Shown in pieces: positions 34,789-45,709 of a DNA stretch of 55,629 bases. A program made the translations under genes and the position numbers. Under the pieces are notes generated by a model, which saw nothing but the letters and a program-made list of their open reading frames with translations, was not told the origin of the DNA and did no database searches. Origin of the DNA: a virus (lineage: Duplodnaviria; Caudoviricetes). The stretch is from IMG/VR virus record IMGVR_UViG_3300049479_000313, positions 1 through 55,629 of that record, one strand, 5' to 3'. Each line of letters opens with the position of its first letter. Within the stretch, counting starts at the first letter, position 1.

Positions 34789-37700
34789 TCGGCGGCGGCG
34801 CTCCGAACATCAAGCTGGCCACGCTGTTCTACGAGATCGAGACACGCACCAAGGGCGTGGACAAAGATCTCAAGGACACGGAGCGTTCGCTCGGAAGCCT
34901 GTCCAAGTTCATTGAGGATCATCCCAAGGCGGCCCTCGCGGGCCTTGGCGTGGCCGCGCTGGCCGCCGGGGCGATGGTGGTGGCGGGTGCGGTGAAGATG
35001 GCCGCGCAGTTCGAGAGCGAGATGGCCAAGGTCAACACCGTGGCGCAGGTGAGCAAGGAGGAGCTGGCCGCGTTAGGCGACGAAGTGCAGGCCACCTTCC
35101 GGGAGCTGCCGGTAGAGAACACCAAGCAGCTGACCGATGCCCTGTATCAGGTGGTATCGTCGGGCATCTCGGTGGGCAAGGCCATGGACGTGGTGAAGGT
35201 GGCCACCAAGACGGCGGTGGGCGGCTTCACTGATGCCGAAACGGCGGTGGACGCCATCACGAGCGTGATGAACGCCTACAAGGACGAGAATCTGTCGGCC
35301 GCCCGAGCGGCTGATGTGCTGGCCAAGACGGTGGAAGTGGGCAAGGTGGAGATGAACGAGATTGCCGGCTCCATCGGCAATGTGGTCGGCGTGGCCAGCG
35401 TCATGGGCGTGTCCATCGAGGAATTGGGCGCGGTGACGGCGGCCATGTCGCTGAACGGCGTGGCGGCCAGCGAAGGCATCACGTCCATTCGGGCGGCCAT
35501 CAACGACATCATCCGCCCCACGGAACTCTTCAAGAAGGAGTTCCCCGAGCTGGCCGCCAACTTCAACGAGACCCGGTTGCGCGGCGACGGGCTGGTGAAG
35601 TTCATGCAGGACTTCATCAAGGAGAGCGACGGCAGTAGCGAGGCCATGAAGCGGGCCTTCAACTCGGTGGAGGGCTACAAGCTGGCCGTCATGGCGGCCA
35701 AGGATGGCGGCCAAGGCTTTGCGGACATGCTGGTCAAGATGAAGGATGCCACCGGGGCCGTGGACAAGCAGTTCGAAGAGGTCAACAAGACGGCAGCAGC
35801 GCAGTACCAGATCATCAAGAATAACCTGTCCAGCGCGTTCACCGAGCTGGGCACCGCGATTCTTCCGGTGGTGAACACGGTCCTTAGTGGGCTGGTGTCC
35901 CTCCTGAACCAGTTCAACGGAGCGGCGGCCAAGGCCCGGGCCCAAGGCGACGCCAAGAAGCTGGCGGAGGAAGCCGCGTCCAGCTTCGACGGCACGAGCC
36001 GGGCGTTCCTGCGGTCGAGCAAGGCCATGCGGGAATTCATCGACAAGGTCGATGACGGAAAGGTGGCGCTCAAGGATCTGGACACGGAGACCTTGGCCGG
36101 GCTGCAGACGCGACTGCTCAAGATGCGGGACAGTGGCCAGCTGGCCGGGAAGGCCATCGGGCAGGTCGGCGAGTTTCTGAACAAGGTGGTCAAGGAACAG
36201 TCCGATCGCGTGGTGCAGGCGCAGCTGGAGGAGAGCCGGGCGCGCGAGGCCGGGCGCGTCAAGGCCGAGCAGATCGAGAAGCAGAAGGCCGAGGCCGCGA
36301 AGAAGCGCCTTGGCGAAGTGGCCGAGGCCAACAAGGAACAGGCCAAGGAAGAGGAGAAGCTGGCCAAGGCCACCATGGACGCGGCCGAGAAGACCTTCAG
36401 GGAAGTCAGCGATAAGCTGGAAGCCCTGAAGAAGAAGCGCCTGTCCTTGATGCAGCAGCTGGAAGACGCCACGGTGGCCAGCACGCGCTCCACTGTGGAC
36501 GACATGCAGCTGCAGCTGAACCGGGCCATCGAGAAGCTCGTGGAGCTGGGCGCCACGGTCGATCAGGTCGGCCAGTTCCGGGCCTTGAAGGAAGGGGCGA
36601 TCCGGGCCCAGCAGAACATCGAGCTCGTGGCCGAGGCCATGAAGGACCTCGGCACCACGTCCAAGGACATCAAGCAGCTGGAGGAGGCCCTGCTGCGCGT
36701 GAACTACCAAATCACGCAGCAGATTGCCATCCGCAACCGTCCCGGCATCAGCGACGCGGAGCGTGTGGCGGCAGAAAAGAACATCGAGACCCTGACCACG
36801 GCGCGCACCGGGCTGGAGACGCGGATCGCGAACGCCCGCAAGGATGGGGCGGTCTCGGCCAAGGCGACGGAGGACTCGGAGGAGAAGGCCGCCAGCGCCG
36901 GGGAACGCGCGCTGAAGTCCGCCGTGGCCAAGGCCAACGCCATTCAGGTGGCCGCGCAAGGGGCCATCAAGCTGGCTGCCGGGTTCGGGCTCGTGTCCGA
37001 GAGCACGGGCAAGATGCTCAGCGACATCATCACGATCGCCGCGCAGGTGCCCGTGATTGTAGACGCAGCGGTGGGCATCGCGGAGTCTATCGGCTCTGGC
37101 GCGGCCACGGGCGGCGCGTGGGGTGCGCTGGCCAATGGACTGTTGGCCGTGGGCGGGGTCATCGCTGATGGCATCGCCGGAGATAAGGCCGCGCGTAAGG
37201 AACGCGCCAAGGTGATGGGGGATAACACGCGCGCCATTCAGATGCTGACCAAGGTGCAGGGCGACTTGCTCCGGGTGCAGGTGAGCGGGCGCGACTACAG
37301 CACGGCCAGCGCCGGGCTGAAGCAGTTCCTGGACAAGTACCGGAATCGGGGAGACTTCCGAGAGTTCGGCAAGAAGGGCTTGGAGGGTGTCGACCCGTCG
37401 CGCGAGTTGGAGGCGCTCGGCATCAACTTCGAGGACATCAAGGAGATCGCCAAGGCGTTAGGCATCACGCTCGATGGCCAGATTGGCAGCTATCGCAAGC
37501 TCCTGCAGGCCATGCAGGAAGCGGACCTCAGCGGCTTTGTCAGCGGCTTCGCGGGCGCGCTGGAAGAGCTTGATGCCCAGTTCGAGATCAACGCGGAGAA
37601 GTTCCCCACGGCCACGGCCCGGCTCGAAGCATTGTTCGACCTGCTGGCCGATCCCATCGACGGATCTCGGCTCTTTGACTCGCTCAAGGACCTGGACCTG

Positions 37701-38408
37701 ACTGACGCGGACAATGTGTCCTCTGCGTTGGAACAAGTGCAGGCGCTGTTCGAGCGCATGCGCAAGGGGGAGCTGTCGCCCGAGGACCTCGGTGGCCTGA
37801 ACCTTAGCGATCTGAAGGGCATTATCGCCCGGCTGAACAGTGAGTTGCGCGCGCTGCAGGAAGAAGCTGCGTCTCCGGACGCAGAGCCGAAGCCCACGGA
37901 CAAACCCAAGCCGAAGGACAAGGACTCGGACAAGGACTCGGACAAGGACCCGGATGTCACTCCGCAGCAGGTGACTGTCACTGAGTCCATGGCCACGCAG
38001 ATCGAGCGCTTGGTAAAGGCGACCAATGCAGACAGCATCGCCGCCCTGACCAAGTATGTGGCGGGAATCCTATCGTTGAACACCGCTCTGGAAGAAGGGC
38101 TCGGGGCGCTGACCGCCGGGCGCGCCAGCATCGATGCCCCGAGTGCCACCCTGCGCACGCTGACGTCCCAGCTGCTGGTGGAGCCGCCGCCGAGCTTCGT
38201 TGGCAACAAGCCGATCAACATCGACGGGGCTCCGCGATCGTGGGAGATTCATGTTCACCTGCACACGCAGGGCGTGGTGGTCGGCGACATGGAAACACTG
38301 GCCAAGCAGGTCGCCCGGATGGCCACCAGCGAGATCGACAGTAATTTGGGGCGCTTGTACGAATACGAAATCATCAACAGCGGCAATCGCCGCGTGACGG
38401 TGGAGTAG
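34785..38408 (+). CDS. Tail tape measure protein (TP901-type core)
   Basis: 1207 aa, Ala-rich and helical; FESEMAKVNTV, ALYQVVSSG, ADVLAKTV. Confidence 0.93.
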   Translation: MIGGGAPNIKLATLFYEIETRTKGVDKDLKDTERSLGSLSKFIEDHPKAALAGLGVAALAAGAMVVAGAVKMAAQFESEMAKVNTVAQVSKEELAALGDEVQATFRELPVENTKQLTDALYQVVSSGISVGKAMDVVKVATKTAVGGFTDAETAVDAITSVMNAYKDENLSAARAADVLAKTVEVGKVEMNEIAGSIGNVVGVASVMGVSIEELGAVTAAMSLNGVAASEGITSIRAAINDIIRPTELFKKEFPELAANFNETRLRGDGLVKFMQDFIKESDGSSEAMKRAFNSVEGYKLAVMAAKDGGQGFADMLVKMKDATGAVDKQFEEVNKTAAAQYQIIKNNLSSAFTELGTAILPVVNTVLSGLVSLLNQFNGAAAKARAQGDAKKLAEEAASSFDGTSRAFLRSSKAMREFIDKVDDGKVALKDLDTETLAGLQTRLLKMRDSGQLAGKAIGQVGEFLNKVVKEQSDRVVQAQLEESRAREAGRVKAEQIEKQKAEAAKKRLGEVAEANKEQAKEEEKLAKATMDAAEKTFREVSDKLEALKKKRLSLMQQLEDATVASTRSTVDDMQLQLNRAIEKLVELGATVDQVGQFRALKEGAIRAQQNIELVAEAMKDLGTTSKDIKQLEEALLRVNYQITQQIAIRNRPGISDAERVAAEKNIETLTTARTGLETRIANARKDGAVSAKATEDSEEKAASAGERALKSAVAKANAIQVAAQGAIKLAAGFGLVSESTGKMLSDIITIAAQVPVIVDAAVGIAESIGSGAATGGAWGALANGLLAVGGVIADGIAGDKAARKERAKVMGDNTRAIQMLTKVQGDLLRVQVSGRDYSTASAGLKQFLDKYRNRGDFREFGKKGLEGVDPSRELEALGINFEDIKEIAKALGITLDGQIGSYRKLLQAMQEADLSGFVSGFAGALEELDAQFEINAEKFPTATARLEALFDLLADPIDGSRLFDSLKDLDLTDADNVSSALEQVQALFERMRKGELSPEDLGGLNLSDLKGIIARLNSELRALQEEAASPDAEPKPTDKPKPKDKDSDKDSDKDPDVTPQQVTVTESMATQIERLVKATNADSIAALTKYVAGILSLNTALEEGLGALTAGRASIDAPSATLRTLTSQLLVEPPPSFVGNKPINIDGAPRSWEIHVHLHTQGVVVGDMETLAKQVARMATSEIDSNLGRLYEYEIINSGNRRVTVE
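37916..37950 (+). repeat. 12-bp tandem repeat GGACAAGGACTC (DKDS)n in the tape measure linker
   Basis: Read directly, about 3 units. Confidence 0.7.
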
Positions 38409-38411
38409 CCT

Positions 38412-39227
38412 ATGGCTCGCAACGCGCTGTGGATCAACGGGCGAGACGTGGGCCGGGATTTCGGCTTTGTCCCGGAGCGGTTCTCCACGTTGGGGGCGTC
38501 GTTCAACACCGCGCTCGGTAGTACTGCCCTGCTCGGCCGCGCCGGGGTGCTGCGCACGTTAGGCACCGTGACCCCACAGGCGGGGACCTTCGTGGCGGAC
38601 GGGGCATTCCTGGGCACGAGCGCGGCGGCGCTCAAGACAAACATCTCGGGGTTCTTCCGCTGGGTCCGCGCCGGGGAGCTGTGCGAGATTCGCACTGCGC
38701 TTGACCCGGATCGGGTGTTCTACGGGGTCCTGCAGTCGTCGAGCTTTACGATCGGTTCGCCGCAGGCGCTGTCTCGCAGCACGGAGAAGGGCACGCTGAC
38801 GTTCCAGCTGTTCTCTCCGCTGCGGTACGACCGGACGTTCCGCATGTACGCGGGGATCACCAGTCAGAGGGTCATGCCGCTGCTGGGCAATTTCCCCAGC
38901 GCCCCGGAGCTGCTGCTGTGGCACCCTTCGGGAGTGACCAACGCCAGCGTGTCGTTGTACCGGGCCAATGGCTCATTGATCAAGACCGTGGTCTTCACGC
39001 TAACGATGGCCAACGACGACCACATCCGGGTCCTGTGCGACGACATGCAGATCTTCACGAGCCTGAACGGGGTAGTCACCGAAGACGCCACTATCGCGCC
39101 CTATGGCGACCCGTTCTTTATCCTGGATCCGGCCGATGGCGACCCAGTCAACGACCTCTTCCCGTACTTCATCGGGAATAACTGCCATGTGCAGGCGAAT
39201 GTGCGTCGCCTGTGGACCACGGAGTAA
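38412..39227 (+). CDS. Distal tail protein (Dit-like)
   Basis: Immediately after the tape measure; beta-rich; LTFQLFSP.RY. Confidence 0.7.
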   Translation: MARNALWINGRDVGRDFGFVPERFSTLGASFNTALGSTALLGRAGVLRTLGTVTPQAGTFVADGAFLGTSAAALKTNISGFFRWVRAGELCEIRTALDPDRVFYGVLQSSSFTIGSPQALSRSTEKGTLTFQLFSPLRYDRTFRMYAGITSQRVMPLLGNFPSAPELLLWHPSGVTNASVSLYRANGSLIKTVVFTLTMANDDHIRVLCDDMQIFTSLNGVVTEDATIAPYGDPFFILDPADGDPVNDLFPYFIGNNCHVQANVRRLWTTE

Positions 39228-39233
39228 CCTCTC

Positions 39234-40613
39234 GTGAGCCAGCTTCCCGTCTACTTCGGCCCGCGCAAAGCGACCATCAAGAGTCGCACGGCACACGCCT
39301 TGGCGCTGTGGCGCTCCCGGGACGGGATCTTGTCTCCGGCCACAGAGAACACCCCCATCGCCATCAACACCTTCACAGGTAACACGGCCCGCCTGATGAA
39401 GGACTCGCTCGGGCGCTTGGTGCCGGTGGCCGAGTACATGATGGCCCCGGGCATGTGGGACTTGGACGGAGACGGAGTGCTAGAGACCCCGGTGCTCATC
39501 ACCGGCGACGGGGACAGCAATCGGGTGCCCTACTCGCAAGACTTCACCAACTGGACCGCGACCAATGCCCCGTCCATCCTCTCGTCCACGCTGACGTTAG
39601 GTGAGTTGGTGTTGTCCCTGCTGGAAGACAACAGCGGTTCGTTGCAAGAGTACTACCAGAGCCAAGCTATTTCGGCCACCGGGCTGAACGCGCGCACCGT
39701 GTTCTCGTTCTTCATCGCCAAGGGTACTTCCAGCGCAGCAGCGGGTTCGGGGGTCCAGGTGTGGGATAACACGGCCTCCGCACTGCGCTCCGAAGTTACG
39801 TGGACATGGGCGCAGACGTCCAAGGGCATTTGGAAGCCCACCATCGCGGTGGGCACGGGTCTTAATTTGGCGCTGGAATACTTCGGTCGTCACGCATATG
39901 CCCAGCCCACCACCAATCTGCTCGGTCTGGCCGACGTGTGGCGCGTGTACGTGCGCAGCACCACGGCATTTGCCCCCGGCAACGTCAATTATTTCCGGGT
40001 CTACCCGGCGTTCACGGCGGCACAGCAGGGCAATGAGTTCTTCGGCGGGTTCATGGCGTCGTCCCGGTCGTCACCGTACATCAAGACGACGACAACGGGG
40101 GACCGCTCCAACGGAGCGAACACCTGGATCATGACGTTCAGTGGGGCGCCGCAGGCGCTCACACTGGCGGTGCGCTTCATCTACACGGGCAGTGCCGTGT
40201 GCCATGTGTCTGGGCAGCAAGGCATGGTCGCGGGGATCGGTCCCGTAGGAGGGGGCAATCCTCAGATGTCGATCCTCGCGTCGGACGCCTCGGCGGCGAA
40301 TTTCTATTACGCCTTCATGAACAACGGATCCAACAGCATCACGGTTCTGCACAACACGACCCCTTCGGCCGGAGATCTGGTGCTGCTGCGGCTGGCCGTC
40401 CGGGCGGACGGATCCATTGTGTTGGGCCAGTCGCTCAACGGCGGGGCTGAAGTGGCCGTGACGAGTGGCAATCCCTTCGGGTTGCCCGCGAACTGGGGCG
40501 CGAATACGGCGTTGCGCTTGGTGGAGGGCGCCTTCGGAAAGGAGCAGTACCTTGGCGTGGGAGTTTTCGCTGGGGAGCCCACCGCGCAATACCTGCTGGA
40601 GACGATGGAATGA
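39234..40613 (+). CDS. Tail/virion protein with lectin-like beta-sandwich domains
   Basis: Synteny; N.VPYSQDFTNW segment; S/T/G/N-rich. Confidence 0.6.
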   Translation: MSQLPVYFGPRKATIKSRTAHALALWRSRDGILSPATENTPIAINTFTGNTARLMKDSLGRLVPVAEYMMAPGMWDLDGDGVLETPVLITGDGDSNRVPYSQDFTNWTATNAPSILSSTLTLGELVLSLLEDNSGSLQEYYQSQAISATGLNARTVFSFFIAKGTSSAAAGSGVQVWDNTASALRSEVTWTWAQTSKGIWKPTIAVGTGLNLALEYFGRHAYAQPTTNLLGLADVWRVYVRSTTAFAPGNVNYFRVYPAFTAAQQGNEFFGGFMASSRSSPYIKTTTTGDRSNGANTWIMTFSGAPQALTLAVRFIYTGSAVCHVSGQQGMVAGIGPVGGGNPQMSILASDASAANFYYAFMNNGSNSITVLHNTTPSAGDLVLLRLAVRADGSIVLGQSLNGGAEVAVTSGNPFGLPANWGANTALRLVEGAFGKEQYLGVGVFAGEPTAQYLLETME

Positions 40614-43219
40614 CGGCGGTTCAGCAAGAAGTCCTCGTCGAAGTACTCGATCGCCCGCAGGGCAGCACCACTGCGCCCAAGCGGCTGGGGTATGTGCGCG
40701 CGGTCACGGAGCTCCGGTACCGGCGCGCGCTGGACAACAATGAATGGGCCCGATTCCGCACGCTCGCTGCCAACTTCCCGTCCTGGCTGAGGCCGACGCA
40801 TGTGCTGCGCGCCGTGGTGAACGGCACCGTAACCGTCAGTGGAGCGTTCGAGGAGTTCCGCATTGATCGGGTCATTCGGCATGGCCAGGAGGTCACGGTC
40901 GAGTGCCGCCCCCTGTTCGACGACTTCACCACGTGCGGGCTGCTGACGCTGGACGCTGACGGGGAGCAACGCACTGAGTTCACGCTGACCAAGACCGTCA
41001 GTGAGTGGCTTACCTTCATCCGCGATTTCCATCGCGCCCGGGGCTTTACCTACTGGGACCTTGGCACCGTGACTCCGGCCAATTCGGTCACGGTCGCGGT
41101 GAACCGCTGGACTCCGCAGCAACTGATCCAGTACCTGACCACTTCGGCCGACATCGGCTTGTGGGAAGACCGGATGGAGTACGACACGGCTGCCGGGGTG
41201 TACAAGCTGCACATCGTGCAACAGTACAACAGCGCGGCACCCACGCTGCGCGTGATCGGGGGCCAGAACATCCTGTCCATCGAAGATGAGCATCGGCTTC
41301 AGGACTTCATCGCCGGGGTACAACCTTCGGGCGAGCAAGGAACCACGGCCATCGGCCGCAGCCTGACGCAGGTGCTCTGGAAAGTGAGCTCCGTATCCAC
41401 GGGCAAGTTTGTCGTAGCCGACCCAAACGGGGACAGCACCGTCAAGTGCATCGGCTTCGACGACCAGTTCAACGCCGTGGGGCACACGGTGGTGGCCCAA
41501 TGCGTGCGCACGGGGCTGCGGTACACGATCACCGACAGCGTCGAGGCGACGCAGGAGTTGTACACGTCGGATACGACGCACCTGATCGCGAACGATTACG
41601 TCGAGCTGTTCTATGTGCCTGCGGGCACGACGCTGACGAAAATGTGGTGGCGCCCGAACGCCATCACCAACGTCTCCGGTCGCCACTGGCCGGTCATCAA
41701 GGTCGGCACGGTGACCGGCGCCTCGCTGCGCTTCGCGGCGCTGGACCCGAGCAGTGGCGCAGTAAGCACGCTGATCCACGGGCGCAACTGCGGCCTGACG
41801 GGCATGAAGCTGCTCCGCAGCACCACGCAGGGCACGCAGGCGTGCACGAATTACAACACGACCACGAAGCGACTCACGGTCACGAGCACAGCGGGCTATC
41901 AGGCGGGGGATTGGATCGTCATTCGGAACACAGCGGCGAGCAACTTCTGGCTGTATCGCCCGAAGAACGTGAAGTCGGTGGTCGACGGTACGACGTTGGA
42001 GCTGGAGGAGCGTGTGTGGACCGCGATTCCGCTCTCGGATGACATCCCTAACGGCGCCCTGGCCAGCCGCGACATCATCGCATTCCGTCCGCAGGCGGAC
42101 GTGTACATCGTGACGAAGTGCACGGGCTATCAGAACTTCGGCACTGACCCGCAGCAAAACGTGTGGGTGGACACGGTCACAAACCTCACGGCGGGCGATC
42201 ATGTAGAGCCGTACTTTGAGGTAGGAGGCCTCAGCATCAGCGAACTGTTCTCTCCTACGGCGCTGGCGCAGTATCCACAGGTGTCCACTGCCCCGGAGCG
42301 ACGGGCTCGTGATGTGGTGTTCTCCCGACTCGGCGGCGAGCCGAACCTGCTCGCGATGACCGAGACGCATTTCGACGACAACGTGGACGATTTCACAGGC
42401 AACGTGCTACTGTCCGGTTCTCCCACGGCGACGGCATTTGGCGCTCCCCAGAACGGGGCCAACATGTTCCAAGGGACCATCTTTTCGTACACGCATGGCC
42501 TGAGCGACACGACCGACAACAACAAGTTTGGGCGGTTCATTCGCTTGCTGCGAAATCCGTTCACGTCGACTGGCGGGGCAGCTACGGGCCGATTCGTTAT
42601 CGCCCTTCGCATCTGGCTCTACAGCGTGACTCCTCCGTGGACCCTGACCGTTTCGCTGTTGGATTCTACTAGCAATTTGGTCACACTGGCCACGTACACG
42701 GACAGCAGCCCCCCGCCCGGAGGCCTCGGAGACCACGTGATGGCGCTTGCTCTGGACCCGACGGCCGCTTCCGGCGCAGCCTGGGGGCGTCAGGGGATGG
42801 CGCTGAGCCAAGGAGTGATCCCCTATGTCACGATGTCTGGGGGTTCGTTCCGGGTCGATGCGGTGACGTGCTATTGGGCCCCGGACCCGACCGACCTCAA
42901 GGCGGACAAGGTGTTCTTGGAGCGGGGGCAGAACGCCCTGTGGTCAAAGGCGAATGCCTATCTCGCGCTGTACCATGTACCGCCCCGGAGCCTTCGGTGT
43001 GAGATTACGGATCTCTGGCGGATGGATCAGGTCAAGTATGCTGGACGGCGGACCTTACTGGGGTCCCCGGTGTCGGTCTACAATGAGGAGACGTCGACCG
43101 ACCTGCTGGCCCGGGTGACCGCGATTGAGACGCTGTTCGCGCCTAACGCTTCCGTCCAATTGAACGTAGATTTCAACACTCAGCAGGAGGCGCTGTCCCG
43201 GCGCCTTGTGGAGGGATAA
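40610..43219 (+). CDS. Tail tip/hub protein (Tal-like) with insertions
   Basis: Synteny and size; FRIDRV and G.NILSIE hub-like motifs; C-terminal RVTAIE. Confidence 0.7.
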   Translation: MTAVQQEVLVEVLDRPQGSTTAPKRLGYVRAVTELRYRRALDNNEWARFRTLAANFPSWLRPTHVLRAVVNGTVTVSGAFEEFRIDRVIRHGQEVTVECRPLFDDFTTCGLLTLDADGEQRTEFTLTKTVSEWLTFIRDFHRARGFTYWDLGTVTPANSVTVAVNRWTPQQLIQYLTTSADIGLWEDRMEYDTAAGVYKLHIVQQYNSAAPTLRVIGGQNILSIEDEHRLQDFIAGVQPSGEQGTTAIGRSLTQVLWKVSSVSTGKFVVADPNGDSTVKCIGFDDQFNAVGHTVVAQCVRTGLRYTITDSVEATQELYTSDTTHLIANDYVELFYVPAGTTLTKMWWRPNAITNVSGRHWPVIKVGTVTGASLRFAALDPSSGAVSTLIHGRNCGLTGMKLLRSTTQGTQACTNYNTTTKRLTVTSTAGYQAGDWIVIRNTAASNFWLYRPKNVKSVVDGTTLELEERVWTAIPLSDDIPNGALASRDIIAFRPQADVYIVTKCTGYQNFGTDPQQNVWVDTVTNLTAGDHVEPYFEVGGLSISELFSPTALAQYPQVSTAPERRARDVVFSRLGGEPNLLAMTETHFDDNVDDFTGNVLLSGSPTATAFGAPQNGANMFQGTIFSYTHGLSDTTDNNKFGRFIRLLRNPFTSTGGAATGRFVIALRIWLYSVTPPWTLTVSLLDSTSNLVTLATYTDSSPPPGGLGDHVMALALDPTAASGAAWGRQGMALSQGVIPYVTMSGGSFRVDAVTCYWAPDPTDLKADKVFLERGQNALWSKANAYLALYHVPPRSLRCEITDLWRMDQVKYAGRRTLLGSPVSVYNEETSTDLLARVTAIETLFAPNASVQLNVDFNTQQEALSRRLVEG

Positions 43220-43591
43220 ATGGCCAAGCTCGTCACGGAGACATTTCAAGTCTGTCTGGGCACGGGGGTCAACGACCCTTCGCCCACGATCTTTGCCCGG
43301 GGCCTGATGGTGGCCGAGGATGCCTTGGCGCTCCGCGACCGGCTGCTCCAGATGGCGCAGATGGGGCAGCTGGACCCTGCCCTGACCGTGGGGAATACGT
43401 TCTTCGTACGGACCACCCCGGGGGCGCAGACTCGTCCCGTGGCGGATCAGACCTTGGCAGCGGTGCGCGCGGCATTGGCCGCCGAGCGATTCAGCTTTCC
43501 GCTGTATGTGAAGACCACGGACGACGCCGATAGCAACGCCGTCTTCGTGCGCGTTGGCACCCTGCCCTCCACCGCAACCTTTTCCGCGTGA
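43220..43591 (+). CDS. Hypothetical protein
   Basis: GGAGG RBS; abuts the tail tip gene. Confidence 0.6.
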   Translation: MAKLVTETFQVCLGTGVNDPSPTIFARGLMVAEDALALRDRLLQMAQMGQLDPALTVGNTFFVRTTPGAQTRPVADQTLAAVRAALAAERFSFPLYVKTTDDADSNAVFVRVGTLPSTATFSA

Positions 43592-43908
43592 TGCTTGACC
43601 TCAAGATTAGCGCAGTCGTCGCGATCGGCACTTCAGCAACAGCGGCCCTTGTGCAGACAGCCCAAGGCCATTCGACGCCATCTAGCATCTTCGCCGCCAT
43701 CGGCTTTGGGGGGATCGCTGGGTTCGCGACGACGTTCATGGTCATCGGGTCCTACAAGGCCCGCGTCGATCGGCATGAGAAGCTGCTAGAGCAGAAGCTC
43801 AGTAAGCAGGACCTCGAACCGCTGGCCACGCGGATCGACGACATGCATAAAACGCTCGACACAATCGTCAAGCCGATCCTCGAACGCCATTTCCGGGGGC
43901 CCTCATGA
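43588..43908 (+). CDS. Membrane protein, holin candidate
   Basis: One or two hydrophobic helices then a charged coiled coil; upstream of peptidoglycan hydrolase genes. Confidence 0.55.
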   Translation: MMLDLKISAVVAIGTSATAALVQTAQGHSTPSSIFAAIGFGGIAGFATTFMVIGSYKARVDRHEKLLEQKLSKQDLEPLATRIDDMHKTLDTIVKPILERHFRGPS

Positions 43909-44411
43909 GCCGGGTTCACTTTCTGGCGCATCACGGGTCTTCGCTCGTGAGCAAGCTGATCCGATGGCAGACGCGCAGTGAATGGAACCACATCAGTGTT
44001 CAGATCGACGATCTGGTCTACGAGGCGATGGAGGGCGCCGGGGTGCGGGTGCGCGGGTTGCAGCAAATCGCGCACGACGTCATCGGCAAGCGTGAGCGCG
44101 TGTTGGCGCTTCGGCCTACCCTCGATCTGACCGACGCCCAGCGCGAAGAGATGCAGAGCTTTCTGCACAGCCAGATCGGTAAGCCGTACGATTACACGAT
44201 GGTCGCGCGGTTCGTATCGCGGGTCAATCGCGAATCCAACGATTCACAAGCGAAGTGGTTCTGTTCGGAGCTGGCGTACGCCTCCGCCCGCCGCGTAGGT
44301 CTCCGTCTGTTCCGTGACACCGCCGCGTGGGAAGTACCCCCGGGACTATTCGTGCGGTCGCCGTTTCTCGAGGAAGAATCCAACGATTGGTGGGAGGCCG
44401 TTGTCTCATGA
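43905..44411 (+). CDS. Permuted papain-like (YiiX/YaeF, permuted NlpC/P60) amidase
   Basis: WNHISV, GKPYD, WFCSEL (His before Cys). Confidence 0.88.
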   Translation: MSRVHFLAHHGSSLVSKLIRWQTRSEWNHISVQIDDLVYEAMEGAGVRVRGLQQIAHDVIGKRERVLALRPTLDLTDAQREEMQSFLHSQIGKPYDYTMVARFVSRVNRESNDSQAKWFCSELAYASARRVGLRLFRDTAAWEVPPGLFVRSPFLEEESNDWWEAVVS

Positions 44412-44689
44412 ACGCCGCCGTAGAGATGGCCCGATTGGCTGGGGCGGACGAGTCCAACCCGGACAATGCCCTGACGTGGCAGCAGCGGATGGAGATCACG
44501 CGCAAGACGCTGGAGCAGGTCATCATCCCGTACCTGCAGGGGCAGACGATGTTCGTGGTCCGGGTGCCCGGGCTGCCCTTCATCAAGCGCCGGGTGACGT
44601 GGGGCTGGCTGCGGAAGCCGATTCAGATGTTGTTCGAAAAGGCCATCAAGGACATGACGCCCGTGGAGGTAGCGACTGATGCTCCCTAA
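44408..44689 (+). CDS. Hypothetical protein in the lysis cassette
   Basis: GGGAGG RBS, ATGA coupling. Confidence 0.6.
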   Translation: MNAAVEMARLAGADESNPDNALTWQQRMEITRKTLEQVIIPYLQGQTMFVVRVPGLPFIKRRVTWGWLRKPIQMLFEKAIKDMTPVEVATDAP

Positions 44690-45275
44690 GTTTTCGCAGC
44701 TCGACGCCGGAGTGGCCATCCTGCGTGAGGCACAGCGGTTCCTGGATATGTACGAGATCGCGCCCAATGCGCAATGGAGCCGCCCGGTGGACAGCGAGGC
44801 CCTTGTGGCCTTGATGCGGGCCACGGGGTGGAAGCCCGGCTGGCCCTACTGTGCAGCCTTTGTGGAGGCCTGTTACGGCGCCGCAGCGGGCAAGCTCGCC
44901 GGGCCTGAGGTCGAGGCCTTGGTGCGGGCCAAGTTCGCCATCCACGTACTGACGACCTACCGCAACGTTCAGGCGCGCACCCATCAGGGGCGCCCCGTGC
45001 CGGGGAGCGTGTTCTTCATGCGCAAGGGCCAGACCTCCGAGGGGCATACGGGCCTCGTGCTCATGGCCGGGGAGCGGACAATGGTCACCATCGAAGGCAA
45101 CACCTCCCCCGGGGCCCGCACGGCGGCCTCGGACCGGGAGGGCGACGGTATCTACTTCCGCATTCGGCCCCTGACCGTGGCCCCCAGCCCCGGGTTACAT
45201 TTGATCGGGTTCCTGGACCCGTTGGACCACGAGCAGGTGCAGATCCTTCTCTCCTCTCCCCCGCTGAAGCCATGA
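44679..45275 (+). CDS. CHAP-domain endolysin
   Basis: WPYCAAFV, GHTGLV, TIEGNT. Confidence 0.85.
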   Translation: MLPKFSQLDAGVAILREAQRFLDMYEIAPNAQWSRPVDSEALVALMRATGWKPGWPYCAAFVEACYGAAAGKLAGPEVEALVRAKFAIHVLTTYRNVQARTHQGRPVPGSVFFMRKGQTSEGHTGLVLMAGERTMVTIEGNTSPGARTAASDREGDGIYFRIRPLTVAPSPGLHLIGFLDPLDHEQVQILLSSPPLKP

Positions 45276-45694
45276 ACCGCGACCAACTTCGCTCTATCCC
45301 CAACACCATTGGCCGACAGGACGTCATCACGGGCAATGGGGATTCCAACGGCAGCTCGTTCGACGCCCCGGGCCCCGCGACGGCGCTGGCCGCGCAAAGC
45401 GCCAGCACCACGCGCCGGTTCCGCATCCGCGTGGCAGGCAGCCGCAAGGTGACGGTCACGGTCAAGCCCACGGTGACCGGCACGGGCCAAACGGCGCGCA
45501 TCTACAGCACACTGGCCGACGGCATCACGGAAAACACGGCCAAGGCTGCCACCAGTTTGACCCTGACGAACAACACCATCACCGAAGCCAGTCGTACGCT
45601 GGACGGTGAGTCCTTTGTCGTGCTGGAAGTGGTCACGGTTGCCACCAACACCGTGGCGTTCCAGAACGCGGAGTACCGCTGTGAACCCGCCTAA
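45272..45694 (+). CDS. Hypothetical beta-rich virion protein
   Basis: Thr-rich, coupled. Confidence 0.6.
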   Translation: MNRDQLRSIPNTIGRQDVITGNGDSNGSSFDAPGPATALAAQSASTTRRFRIRVAGSRKVTVTVKPTVTGTGQTARIYSTLADGITENTAKAATSLTLTNNTITEASRTLDGESFVVLEVVTVATNTVAFQNAEYRCEPA

Positions 45695-45709
45695 CCCCGA
45701 GGAGAACTC

